A DNA stretch of 64,000 nt from NCBI GenBank assembly GCA_020072785.1, contig JAIQGG010000007.1, positions 9,995 through 73,994 of the forward strand, in the 5' to 3' direction. Below the pieces are notes generated by a model. It searched no databases and was not told the origin of the DNA. It saw only the letters and a list, made by a program, of their open reading frames with translations. Below are positions 8,447 to 17,748 of the stretch, piece after piece. This stretch comes from Terriglobia bacterium (GTDB lineage: Bacteria > Acidobacteriota > Terriglobia > Acidiferrales > UBA7541). Each line of letters opens with the position of its first letter. The stretch's first letter is position 1. The position numbers and the translations under genes were made by a program.

Positions 8447-10165
8447 ATGGCCGACACGCAGATCATTCCCGAAGCGGCTCTCGAGGTGATATCCCCGGAC
8501 GGCGCACGCCGCTTCGTACGCATTACCCAGAGCCCCTTCCTCATTGGCCGCGGCGGCGAAACCGGCAACCATCTGCAGCTCTCCGACCGCCGCATCTCCC
8601 GGCAGTGCGCGGCGATTGTCTTCGAGGGCGGGCGCTTCCACGTCGAGGATCGCGGGCAGCGCCGCGGCATGTTCGTCAACGGCGAAAAAATCGAAAGCCG
8701 CCCGCTCACCGCCGGCGACACCATCACCTTCGGCCTCGACGACTCCTATCAGCTTTTCTTCCGTTCTTCGGCCGGCGAGGAAGAGCTGCCGGCCCTGCTC
8801 ACGCGCATTGAACATATCTCCTCCAGCGACAATCCCTCTGGCGGCAGCCTGCGCCAGCTCAATCTCCTCCTGGAAGCAACTTCCCTGCTGCACTCGCAAT
8901 TGCCCCTGGATTCCGTCCTGGGCACCATGCTCGATCACGCCGTTTCCGTCACCAATGCCGACCGCGGCGTGCTCCTGGTCCCCGACGAGAGCGGCAAGCT
9001 GCGCGTGCGCCTGGCCCGCCGCAGCGGCGGCAGCCGCCTTCCTATCGAGGGCATCACGCCCAGCCAGACCGCTCTGCGCATGGCCCTGGACCAGCAGGCC
9101 GCGGTGATCACCGAGGATCTCGCGCAGGCCAACATTGATCTGCAGGCCGCGCAAAGCATTGTCACGCAGGGCTTGCGCTCCGTGGTGGTCATCCCTCTGT
9201 ACGCTCTGATGCGCCGCAACACCGCGGACTCCGCCGTCGCCCCACGCCAGGACACTTTTCTGGGCGTCGTCTATCTCGACTCCCGCCGCCCCGCGGCCTT
9301 CTCCAAACTTGACCGCCAGATCCTAGACGCCCTCTCCGTGGAGGCCGCCAGCATTCTGGACAACGCCCGCCTTGTCGAGCGCGAACGCGAACGCCAGCGC
9401 ATGGAGCAGGAGATCAACATCGCCCGCGACATTCAGCAGGCCCTGCTCCCGCGCAATTTCCCGCTTCACCCTCATTTTGCCGTGACCGGCTGCAATTTTC
9501 CCTGCCTCTCCGTGGGCGGCGACTACTTCGACGTCTTCCCCCTCAGCGACGAGCGCACCGCCTTTCTCATCGCCGACGTTTCCGGCAAAGGCCTCGGCGC
9601 GGCCCTGCTCACCACCATGCTGCAGGGCGCGCTCTCCGGCATGAGCCTGGGCACCGATCCCGCGCGCGTTATCAATCACGTCAACCGCTTCCTCTGCGAG
9701 CACGCCGAGGTGGGCCGCTACGCCACCCTGTTCTTCGCCATCCTCGACCGCAACGGCAATCTCGAATTCATCAACGCGGGTCACCCATCCCCCATCCTCA
9801 TCCGCAGCGGCCGCGCCGAAGCCCCCTTCACCGAAGGCTCCTTCCCCGTGGGCCTCGTTCCCGAAGCCGAATATGTCACCGCCCGCGTCAAGCTCGAGCC
9901 CAACGACACCCTGGTCCTCTTCAGCGACGGCGTCACCGAGGCCATGGATCCCGACGACGACATGTACGGCGTCCCGCGCCTCCAGGAGGTTCTTACCGGC
10001 CAGCAGGACGTTCCTCTCGAGCAGATTCAAAAATCGATTCTGGAGTCCGTGGAAAATTTCTCCCGCGGCGCGCATCAAGCCGACGACCTGACCCTTCTCC
10101 TGGTTCGTTACCGCGCCGCACATGCCCTGAGCGACGACCAGGGCGTTCAGGCCGCTTCGGCCTGA
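8447..10165 (+). CDS. FHA-GAF-PP2C (SpoIIE-type) serine/threonine phosphatase
   Basis: N-terminal FHA (FLIGRG...LQLSDRRISRQCAAIVFEGGRFHVEDRGQRRGMFVNGEKI), a central GAF-like region, and a C-terminal SpoIIE/PPM domain (SVGGDYFDVF, IADVSGKGLGAALL, FSDGVTEA, ADDLTLLLV). ATG at 8447 is preferred over the track start. Confidence 0.85.
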   Translation: MADTQIIPEAALEVISPDGARRFVRITQSPFLIGRGGETGNHLQLSDRRISRQCAAIVFEGGRFHVEDRGQRRGMFVNGEKIESRPLTAGDTITFGLDDSYQLFFRSSAGEEELPALLTRIEHISSSDNPSGGSLRQLNLLLEATSLLHSQLPLDSVLGTMLDHAVSVTNADRGVLLVPDESGKLRVRLARRSGGSRLPIEGITPSQTALRMALDQQAAVITEDLAQANIDLQAAQSIVTQGLRSVVVIPLYALMRRNTADSAVAPRQDTFLGVVYLDSRRPAAFSKLDRQILDALSVEAASILDNARLVERERERQRMEQEINIARDIQQALLPRNFPLHPHFAVTGCNFPCLSVGGDYFDVFPLSDERTAFLIADVSGKGLGAALLTTMLQGALSGMSLGTDPARVINHVNRFLCEHAEVGRYATLFFAILDRNGNLEFINAGHPSPILIRSGRAEAPFTEGSFPVGLVPEAEYVTARVKLEPNDTLVLFSDGVTEAMDPDDDMYGVPRLQEVLTGQQDVPLEQIQKSILESVENFSRGAHQADDLTLLLVRYRAAHALSDDQGVQAASA

Positions 10166-10195
10166 GAAACATCCGCCGCAAAGAGAAGGTGCCGC

Positions 10196-11518
10196 ATGTC
10201 CGCTGCAACCCCGCAGTCGCAATACGTTCATAAACTCATCACCCCCGAAGCCGGCGCCGCCTTGATCGCCGACGGCAGCGTCCTCTGCGTGGCTCTGGGC
10301 GTCGGCGCACCCGCGGCCCTGGCCCGCGCCGTCGCCGACCGCGTCCGCTGCGGTTCTCTCCAGGATTTGCATCTTGTCTACCAGCAGTCCCTGAAGCCTC
10401 TAGCCGACACGCTCATCCAGCCCGACATTTTGGACAAGATCGAAGCCCGCAACTTCTTCATCGGCGAGCCCGACCGCGAAATGATCAATCGCGGGATCGC
10501 CGAAGGCCGCAAATATATCTCCTACATTCCCTGCAACTTCAGCCAGATTCCGCGGGCCCTCACCGAAGCCATCCGCGTCAACACCTTCGTCATCACCGTC
10601 TCCCCGATGGATGCCTCCGGCCATTTCAGCCTGGGCACCAACAACGACTACGCCTCCACGGTCATCCGCCACTGCGACCGCGTCATCGTCGAGGTCAACC
10701 GCTACATGCCCCGCGTCTTCGGGGATTCCGCCGTGCACGTCTCCGAGGTTCACGCCATCGTCGAAAACCACGTGCCCCTGCCCGAATTTCCCCTGCGCGA
10801 ACCCGATGAAGATTCCCTGACCATCGGCAAGACGATCGCCGCCATGATCCACGACGGCGGCACCCTGCAGTTCGGTATCGGCAATCTGCCCACCGCCGTT
10901 GCGCGTTTTCTGCACAACCACAACGATCTGGGCATCCACAGCGAGCTCTTCAGCCCGCCGTTCGTGGACCTCATTCAGCGCGGGGTGATCAATGGCCGCA
11001 AGAAAACGCTGCATCCGCGCAAACACGTCTTCACCATCGCCCTGGGCAATGCCGAAATGTACGCCTTCATGAACGACAACCCCTCCCTGGAGAGCTACGC
11101 GGTGTCCTACGTGAACGATCTGCGCATCATCGCCGCACATGACAACCTCATTTCCGTCAACACGGCCATCGAGATCGACCTCTACGGGCAGGTCAACGCC
11201 GAATTCATAAACGGCCACCAGTACAGCGGCGCCGGGGGCCAGTTCGATTTCGTGAAGGGCGCTTCGCTGTCGCGCGGCGGCAAATCGTTCATCGCGCTCA
11301 AATCCGCCGCCAAAAGCGACACCATCTCCTGCATCGTTCCGCACGTGCAGATGGCCACGGACACGCGCATGGACGTGGAGCACATCGTCACCGAATACGG
11401 CTGCGTCAACCTGCGCGGGCGCTCGACCCGCGACCGCGCCCTGGCCCTCATCAGCATCGCCCACCCCAACTTCCGCGAGGAGCTCACCGCGCACGCCAAG
11501 CGCATCAACTTGATCTAG
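10196..11518 (+). CDS. acetyl-CoA hydrolase/transferase family protein (4-hydroxybutyrate CoA-transferase-like)
   Basis: 440 aa; GTLQFGIGNLP, SELFSPP and GAGGQFDFVKGA motifs of the family. Confidence 0.85.
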   Translation: MSAATPQSQYVHKLITPEAGAALIADGSVLCVALGVGAPAALARAVADRVRCGSLQDLHLVYQQSLKPLADTLIQPDILDKIEARNFFIGEPDREMINRGIAEGRKYISYIPCNFSQIPRALTEAIRVNTFVITVSPMDASGHFSLGTNNDYASTVIRHCDRVIVEVNRYMPRVFGDSAVHVSEVHAIVENHVPLPEFPLREPDEDSLTIGKTIAAMIHDGGTLQFGIGNLPTAVARFLHNHNDLGIHSELFSPPFVDLIQRGVINGRKKTLHPRKHVFTIALGNAEMYAFMNDNPSLESYAVSYVNDLRIIAAHDNLISVNTAIEIDLYGQVNAEFINGHQYSGAGGQFDFVKGASLSRGGKSFIALKSAAKSDTISCIVPHVQMATDTRMDVEHIVTEYGCVNLRGRSTRDRALALISIAHPNFREELTAHAKRINLI

Positions 11519-11678
11519 CGCGAATTTCTCACGGGAATGGGCGCGAGATGCCGCAAGGCGCGTTACGGAGAAGGGCGGGCCAGGCCCATCTTTCTGGGGC
11601 CTTGCCTGCCGCCTTGCAATCCCTCCCCACACACGGTACAAGTGTGCTCTCACGCATCTGTTGATCGCGGAGGAACCC

Positions 11679-12992
11679 ATGTCACGTTCACGCTGCACAG
11701 TTCTGCTTAGCGCCTTGCTCTTCTGCGCCAGCCTGGCCCGCGCCCAGTCCAGCGCGCCGCCCTTCACCGTCCTGCGCGCCGGCACGCTCATCGACGGCAC
11801 GAGCGACGCCCCGCGCAAGAATCAGCTCATTTTCCTGCGCGGCAAGCGCATCGAAAAAATCACCGACGGCGGCGCGGCCATCCCGCAAGGCACGCAAATC
11901 ATCGACCTCTCCTCCGCCACGGTTCTCCCCGGCTTGATCGATTCGCACACGCACATCTTCCTGCAGGGCGAAGACCCCGCACAGGGCGGCTACGACGCCA
12001 ACATCCTCCGCCAGGGCCTGGCGCTGCGCGCGGCGCGGGCCACGGTCTCCGTGCGCCGCGCGCTGGAGCAGGGCTTCACCACCCTGCGCGACGTGGAAAC
12101 CGAAGGCGCCGGTTACGGCGACGTGGGCATCAAGCAGGCCATCGAGGCGGGCTATATCCCCGGCCCGCGGCTGTTCGTCTCCACCCGAGCCATCTCCACC
12201 ACCGGGGGTTACAACCTGGAAGGCTACGCTCCCGAACTGGACATGCCCAAGGGCGCGCAGCTGATCGACGGCCCCGTGGAGGCGCGGAAGGCCGCGCGCC
12301 AGCAACTGGAACACGGCGCCGACTGGATCAAGGTGTACATGACGCACCGCTCGTGGGCCGACAAGGACGGGCATCTTGTCGCGCAGCCCACGCTGACGCT
12401 CGAGGAACTCCAAGCGGTCGTGGATGAAACGCACGGCTGGGGCAAGAAAGTCGCCTGCCACGCCTACAACGGCATCGGCCTGCAGCGCGCGCTGGATGGC
12501 GGCTGCGACTCGCTGGAACACGGGCTGGAAATCAGCGACGCGCAGATCGCGCAGATGGCCCGCCAGGGCACCTGGTATTGCCCGACCATCGGGGCCTACT
12601 ACTCCGACTGGGCCCCGGCGAACACCGCCGCCGGGGTGCGCGACCGCGCCCGGGTCGCGCTCCACGAAACTTCCTTCCGCAAGGCGCTGAAGGCCAATCT
12701 CAAAATCGTCTTCGGCACGGACACCGGCGGCCTGCCGTGGAGCGAGCCCATGGCCCGCGAATTCGAGTACATGGTGAAGCTGGGGATGAGTCCCATGGAG
12801 GCCATCCAATCGGCCACTTCCCGCGCTGCGGAAATGCTGGACAGCAAGGGGGATCTCGGCGTCCTGGCCCCCGGCGCCTACGCCGACGTCATCGCCGTGG
12901 CCGGCAATCCGCTCCAGAACATCGCCGAGCTGCAAAAAGTCCGCTTCGTCATGAAGAACGGCGAAGTGTTCAAGAACGATTTCGGGAAATAG
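11679..12992 (+). CDS. secreted metal-dependent amidohydrolase family protein
   Basis: Signal peptide; PGLIDSHTHIF metal motif; C-terminal GADADVIAV...NP-like segment. GGAGGA lies 4 nt before the ATG at 11679. Confidence 0.85.
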   Translation: MSRSRCTVLLSALLFCASLARAQSSAPPFTVLRAGTLIDGTSDAPRKNQLIFLRGKRIEKITDGGAAIPQGTQIIDLSSATVLPGLIDSHTHIFLQGEDPAQGGYDANILRQGLALRAARATVSVRRALEQGFTTLRDVETEGAGYGDVGIKQAIEAGYIPGPRLFVSTRAISTTGGYNLEGYAPELDMPKGAQLIDGPVEARKAARQQLEHGADWIKVYMTHRSWADKDGHLVAQPTLTLEELQAVVDETHGWGKKVACHAYNGIGLQRALDGGCDSLEHGLEISDAQIAQMARQGTWYCPTIGAYYSDWAPANTAAGVRDRARVALHETSFRKALKANLKIVFGTDTGGLPWSEPMAREFEYMVKLGMSPMEAIQSATSRAAEMLDSKGDLGVLAPGAYADVIAVAGNPLQNIAELQKVRFVMKNGEVFKNDFGK

Positions 12993-13021
12993 CGGACGTT
13001 GCAATTTCAGGAGGAAAGTTC

Positions 13022-13456
13022 ATGAGCGAACAGAATTATGCGAATCACACCAAGATGGTTCCCGCGTTTCACTACTTCGCGATGCCCGTTTTCGCGGTCA
13101 ATCTCGGGTGGGCCATCTACCACCTGGTAAGGACGGGTCTCTCCTTCGAGAGTGTGATGCGGGTGCTGCTGGCCGCGGCCCTCGTGGTGCTCTTCTTCTG
13201 CGCGCGCCTGTTCGCGCTCACCGTGCAGGACCGCGTCATCCGCCTGGAGGAGCGCCTGCGCTACGAGCGCCTGCTCCCCGCCGATCTCCAGGCGCGCAGC
13301 GGCGAATTCACCCGCGACCAGTTCGTTTCCCTGCGCTTTGCCAGCGACGCCGAACTTCCCGCGCTGGCCCGCAAGGTCCTCGACGAGAAACTCAGCGACC
13401 GCAAAACCATCAAGCAGCTCATCAAGAGCTGGAAACCTGACCACCTTCGGGCCTGA
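13022..13456 (+). CDS. small membrane protein (DUF6526-like, tentative)
   Basis: AGGAGG lies 7 nt upstream of the ATG. Two predicted TM helices are followed by QDRVIRLEERLRYERLLP. The upstream part of track ORF 12578..13456 overlaps the amidohydrolase out of frame. Confidence 0.6.
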   Translation: MSEQNYANHTKMVPAFHYFAMPVFAVNLGWAIYHLVRTGLSFESVMRVLLAAALVVLFFCARLFALTVQDRVIRLEERLRYERLLPADLQARSGEFTRDQFVSLRFASDAELPALARKVLDEKLSDRKTIKQLIKSWKPDHLRA

Positions 13457-13478
13457 CCGATAGTCCTGCAGAAGGGTT

Positions 13479-16400
13479 TCAATTCGCCGTGAAGGCCGCG
13501 TCGAGCGACACGCTCTCGCCGTCCGCATTGGTCACCACGACCAGCTGCGGCCCGGCCTGCAGCGCCGGGGTGGTCACCGTGAGCGTGTTCCGATCCACCA
13601 GCGTGACGCCGGCCGCCGCGCCGCCGATGGTCACTTGCACCCCGCTCTGGAAGCCGCTGCCGCGCAGCGTGATCTGCGTCCCGCCCGCCGCCGGCCCCGT
13701 TGCCGGCGCCAGGGACCCGATCCCCAGCGGCACGTTCGCCAGCTGCACCACAGTCAGTCCGGCGTTCTGCGCGGTGTTGTCCGCCGAGGTGAGGGCAAAC
13801 AATCTCTGCCCGTTCTCATCCGTAGCAAAGAAACTGCCGCGCAAACCATCAGCTGCCGTCAGCAGCGGATTGGGAAGGAAGACGCGCAGCCGCAGCTGGC
13901 CGCTGTGCGCGTCCAGGATGTCCACTCCGCCGCGCACCCCCGCGCTGCCCGGCGCGCCCGTCAGAAACGGCTGGTAGAGGAGCGCTCCGCTGGGATGCAG
14001 CGCCAACCCCGGCACCAGCACGCGCCCCGGTATCTGTTCGAGTTCCGCGGCGGACGGAGCGGAGAGCACCGCGAGGTCCACGCCACGAATTTCCGCCGCG
14101 CCACTGTTGCGCGTAGCAAGAATCGTTCCATCCGCTGCCGCACCCAAATCCGCGGCCAGTTCGTTCCCCGGCGTCGCTGTAAACTGGCCGGGCGTGGCCG
14201 CATCCCACACCGCCACCGGCCCGCCCGGCACCGCTCCAAACGCGAGAAACACGCGGTCGCCATTCTTCGCGGCCTGCAGCAACGGCGCACCGGGCGCGAT
14301 ACTCGCCGCCGGTTGCGGCCCTGCCAGCACCGCCGGCGGATTGGCCGTCAGATCGATCATCTTCAAGCAGCCCGTGCAGGCCCCCGCCGATCCGGCCTCT
14401 CCGCTCAAACCCACGAAGACGGCCTGCGTGCTGGTTGCCGCCACGCGCGCCGGCCCGGAAAGCGTGAAACCCGCCACGCCGCCGACGGGCACGACCGTGC
14501 TGGTCACCTGCACGCAACTGCCCGGCGCATCGAGATTCAGGAGATCCACGGCCTGCGAGCCGAAATCGGCCACCACGAGTTTCGTGCCGTCGGGGGTCAG
14601 CGCCAGCCCGCGCAGACCCGCCGTGGACGGTGCGCCGCACGACGGCGTAAGTTCCGCGGCGCGAAATTGTTTGGCCGCGAGATCGAAGACGTCCACATGG
14701 TCGTTATTGCTGAGATAGACGAGCTGTCGCGGGCGGTCGTAGAGCAGAAATTTGTACAGGCCGGCCTTGGCGTAGGTCTGCACGTCCTGCAGAAACTGCC
14801 AGGCCTTCGCCGCCGTCACATTGCCCGCCGGCGCGCGTACCACCACATCGGCTTTCCCCGCCGTGCCTGCGGGCGTGGTCACCGTGAGGCGCTCGATGGG
14901 AAAGGCATAGTCCGCGCCCACGCTGCCGGACGAGAGAAGCGCGGTCACGTCCTCGACTTTCTGCACCGTGGCGCCGGCCCCGCCGAACGTCACGCTGATG
15001 CCGGCCGCATCGGCGCCAAATCCGTGACCGTAGATCTGCACGGTGTCGCCGCCCGGCTTTTTCCCCGCGTTGGGCAGCACCTCGAGAATCTGCGGGCCGT
15101 AGCTGAACGCCGCGGGCGCCAGGGCCAGCCACCCGCTCGGGAAATAGGCGGCGACGTTCACCGGACCGCTCCCCGCGCTCGGCGGCGAAGTAGCCTGCAT
15201 TTGCGTCGCGCCGGCGACGTTCACGCTCAAGCCGGGCTGCGCGGCGAAGCGCATCTGCGCGGAAGCCTCGAAGTTCTGCCCCGCGAGAGTGGTTGCCGTG
15301 CCCCCCGCCGCCGGCCCTTCCGGCGGAGCCAGAGCGGGCACCGCGGCCAAGACCGGCGCGGTGGAGGGGAGCGTTCCGGGATTGGCGGCATCGAGAAAGC
15401 TCACGCCGCGGTTGGCGATGCCAAATATCTGCGCCGTCTCGTCCGCCTCCTCAATCTCCGAGCGTTCTCCCCCGATGCGGAGGTCCGGCGCCTGTCCGAG
15501 CACAGAGAGATCCTGGCTGCTCAGCACGGTAATCACGGGTGGCAGGTCGGCATTCTCGCTGACATAGAGCGCGCTGCCGTCGCGCGAAAAGACCAGGCCG
15601 TGTGCGCCGGGCGCCGCCCGCGCAGCCAGCACCTGCAGTGTACCGTCGAGCAGCAGCACCTGTGCCACACCGCCGTTCACCAGGAGCACCGCGAACCGGC
15701 TGGCGTCGCCGTTGGCCGCCGCCAGCTCGATGCTGCCCGTTCCCAGCGTGACCGGCCCCACCGCCACATTCGCACTGGCATCCAACAACGCCACGCTACC
15801 GCTCGTGTCGCCAGCCGCGGCCAGCACTTTGGTGTGATCCCCGCTGCGCGCCAGCACACCGGCGCCGTTCTGAAAGACGGCCGGGGCGCGGCTCGTCACA
15901 TCCGTAAAACTGTTTGTCGCCGGATCCCACAGGGCCGGCAGCGCCGCCAGCGCATCCGGCCGCCGCAGGCGCACTAGCCCCTTGCCGCCGGCGAGGGCCA
16001 CCACTTCCATGGGCAAATTGAAAATGGCGTTGGATGTCCCCGGGAGGCCCGCCACCGGGTAGCGCGCGCGCACCTGCAGCGCTGCCGCATCCACCACGGT
16101 GATCTCTTGCACACCGGAACCCACCCATAGCGTGGCGCCGTCCGCGCTGAGGTCCACGCTGCTCGCGTCCGGCACGGCGATCTGCGCCACCCGCGTGGCA
16201 TCCGTGCTGGAGAGAACTTCCACCCGGTTCATGGCGGGATTGGCGACAAAGATATGCTGGCGGCCCGCATCGTAGACGATGCGCCGCCGGTGCAATTCCC
16301 CCGGCGGATCGTCGCCGGAAGGAACGGAGTCGGTGCGCGCAAAGTTGGTGCGCGGCAGGGCGGGCGGCGGCGGAGCGGCCTGCACGGTGATGCTGAGGCT

Positions 16401-16805
16401 GGCGGAATGCGAGAGAGACCCGGTGGAGGCCTGCGCCGTCACGGTGTAGCTTCCCGCAGCCAGGGGCTGCACGGCGCCGAAGACCACGGATTGCGATCCC
16501 CCGCCCGGCACGCTGAAGGGGCTGACCGGACTCGACGGCAGCCCCGCCGGCAAGCCGCTCAGCGTCACCTGCACATTTCCCGAAAACCCATGGAGCGCGC
16601 CCACGGATAGGGTGGCGGGAGCGCTCGTTGTGCCGCCGGTCAGAGCCAGGGAATTCGGCGAGATGGTCAGCGAGAAATCCGGGGCGGATGGAGTTGGCGG
16701 TACAACCTGCTGGCCCGCGGAGCTACCCCCGCCGCCACAGCCCGTGCTTCCGCCGAAGGCGGCCAGGAAAAACAGTATGGAGAAGAAGCGCCGAACGCGG
16801 CCCAT
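13479..16805 (-). CDS. large lipoprotein with IPT/TIG domains and beta-propeller-like repeats
   Basis: Lipobox-like FLAAFGGSTGC. At least three IPT/TIG-like modules (GPAAGGTATTLAGQNF, GKKPGGDTVQIYGHGFG, GPAAGGTQITLRGSGF). Repeated xSxDGxxLxV strands suggest propeller blades. Confidence 0.75.
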   Translation of the reverse strand: MGRVRRFFSILFFLAAFGGSTGCGGGGSSAGQQVVPPTPSAPDFSLTISPNSLALTGGTTSAPATLSVGALHGFSGNVQVTLSGLPAGLPSSPVSPFSVPGGGSQSVVFGAVQPLAAGSYTVTAQASTGSLSHSASLSITVQAAPPPPALPRTNFARTDSVPSGDDPPGELHRRRIVYDAGRQHIFVANPAMNRVEVLSSTDATRVAQIAVPDASSVDLSADGATLWVGSGVQEITVVDAAALQVRARYPVAGLPGTSNAIFNLPMEVVALAGGKGLVRLRRPDALAALPALWDPATNSFTDVTSRAPAVFQNGAGVLARSGDHTKVLAAAGDTSGSVALLDASANVAVGPVTLGTGSIELAAANGDASRFAVLLVNGGVAQVLLLDGTLQVLAARAAPGAHGLVFSRDGSALYVSENADLPPVITVLSSQDLSVLGQAPDLRIGGERSEIEEADETAQIFGIANRGVSFLDAANPGTLPSTAPVLAAVPALAPPEGPAAGGTATTLAGQNFEASAQMRFAAQPGLSVNVAGATQMQATSPPSAGSGPVNVAAYFPSGWLALAPAAFSYGPQILEVLPNAGKKPGGDTVQIYGHGFGADAAGISVTFGGAGATVQKVEDVTALLSSGSVGADYAFPIERLTVTTPAGTAGKADVVVRAPAGNVTAAKAWQFLQDVQTYAKAGLYKFLLYDRPRQLVYLSNNDHVDVFDLAAKQFRAAELTPSCGAPSTAGLRGLALTPDGTKLVVADFGSQAVDLLNLDAPGSCVQVTSTVVPVGGVAGFTLSGPARVAATSTQAVFVGLSGEAGSAGACTGCLKMIDLTANPPAVLAGPQPAASIAPGAPLLQAAKNGDRVFLAFGAVPGGPVAVWDAATPGQFTATPGNELAADLGAAADGTILATRNSGAAEIRGVDLAVLSAPSAAELEQIPGRVLVPGLALHPSGALLYQPFLTGAPGSAGVRGGVDILDAHSGQLRLRVFLPNPLLTAADGLRGSFFATDENGQRLFALTSADNTAQNAGLTVVQLANVPLGIGSLAPATGPAAGGTQITLRGSGFQSGVQVTIGGAAAGVTLVDRNTLTVTTPALQAGPQLVVVTNADGESVSLDAAFTAN

Positions 16806-16957
16806 GGGGCAACCCCACGCCTGCTGGCGCCGCTTTGCCGGCGGGGACACCCGGCCAGCGGCGCAAAATCTCTAATCCGAAAGGAAAGCGACAGGAGAGA
16901 TAGCGAAAACAGAAGCACTTGTCAAGATGGGTAATATTCCGGTCAACGGGAAGATAA

Positions 16958-16998
16958 AGCGAAAAGAAAAACGGCGCGAAGACGGTCTCCGCGCCGTT
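16958..16998 (-). terminator. rho-independent terminator after the bactofilin gene
   Basis: 9-bp stem AACGGCGCG/CGCGCCGTT (16970-16978 / 16990-16998) with an 11-nt loop, followed on the minus strand by TTTTCTTTTC. Confidence 0.6.
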
Positions 16999-17009
16999 CC
17001 CGGAAAAGA

Positions 17010-17573
17010 CTACAGACTCTTGGGTGCGGTGACCGTGGCCGGAGCCCCGACCGCGCGGGCGAAAGAGTTCTTATCCTTATCCTTATCTTTCTCCGCGCTC
17101 TTGTCGATTTCGATCGAGCCTTTGAAGTAGGCGCCATCTTCGATCATGATGCGCGCCGTAGTCAGGTCGCCATTCACCGATCCATCCTTCTTGATCTCGA
17201 TGCGGTCCTTGGCCTGCAGATTTCCCTTCACGCTGCCATAGACCACCACCTCGCGGGCAATAATGTCCGCAGTCAGCTTGGCGGAGGCCCCCACGGTGAG
17301 CTTGCGCTCCTCGAGGTGGATCAATCCTTCCACCGTGCCGTCGATATGCAGATCCTCGTTACCGCTGATTTCACCTTTCACATGCAGGCCGGCCCCGAGC
17401 CGCGCGGTCGCACGGTCCGGAGTCGCGCCCGTTGGACGCATCGCATCTGTACTCATTGTCTTTGTATCCTCCCAAGCCGCCGGACCGGGTTTCGGCGGTG
17501 TCTGTTGATTCTGCGGAATTCGTGCTCCCGGCTGCGCCTCATGCGGCGTATCCGGTTTCTTGTTACCCCACAT
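17010..17573 (-). CDS. bactofilin (polymer-forming cytoskeletal protein)
   Basis: Beta-helical repeat core (HVKGEISGNEDLHIDGTVEGLI...VVVYGSVKGNL...GSVNGDLTTARIMIEDGAYFKGSIE) with disordered termini. GGGGAGGA lies just upstream of the ATG at 17573. Confidence 0.85.
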   Translation of the reverse strand: MWGNKKPDTPHEAQPGARIPQNQQTPPKPGPAAWEDTKTMSTDAMRPTGATPDRATARLGAGLHVKGEISGNEDLHIDGTVEGLIHLEERKLTVGASAKLTADIIAREVVVYGSVKGNLQAKDRIEIKKDGSVNGDLTTARIMIEDGAYFKGSIEIDKSAEKDKDKDKNSFARAVGAPATVTAPKSL

Positions 17574-17748
17574 CGATCCTCCCCGAGATTGCACACCCAA
17601 ACTGGTTTCTGGCTGGGGTGTGAAGAACTTTATTCCTCTGACGGGCGCGCCGCAAACCAGGTGTGCACGCGGCGTTCCTGTGAGTAACTAGCCAAAGGGC
17701 CAGTCCTTTCGCTGTCCTCGGTCCAGGACGTTTCGCGGAGCATGGTTC

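Noticed and set aside
10400-11818. 472-aa minus-strand ORF
   Set aside because: It is antisense to the CoA-transferase gene; a shadow ORF.
13635-15977. 780-aa plus-strand ORF
   Set aside because: It is antisense to the IPT/TIG lipoprotein gene, and the translation is dominated by Arg/His/Gly/Ala runs.
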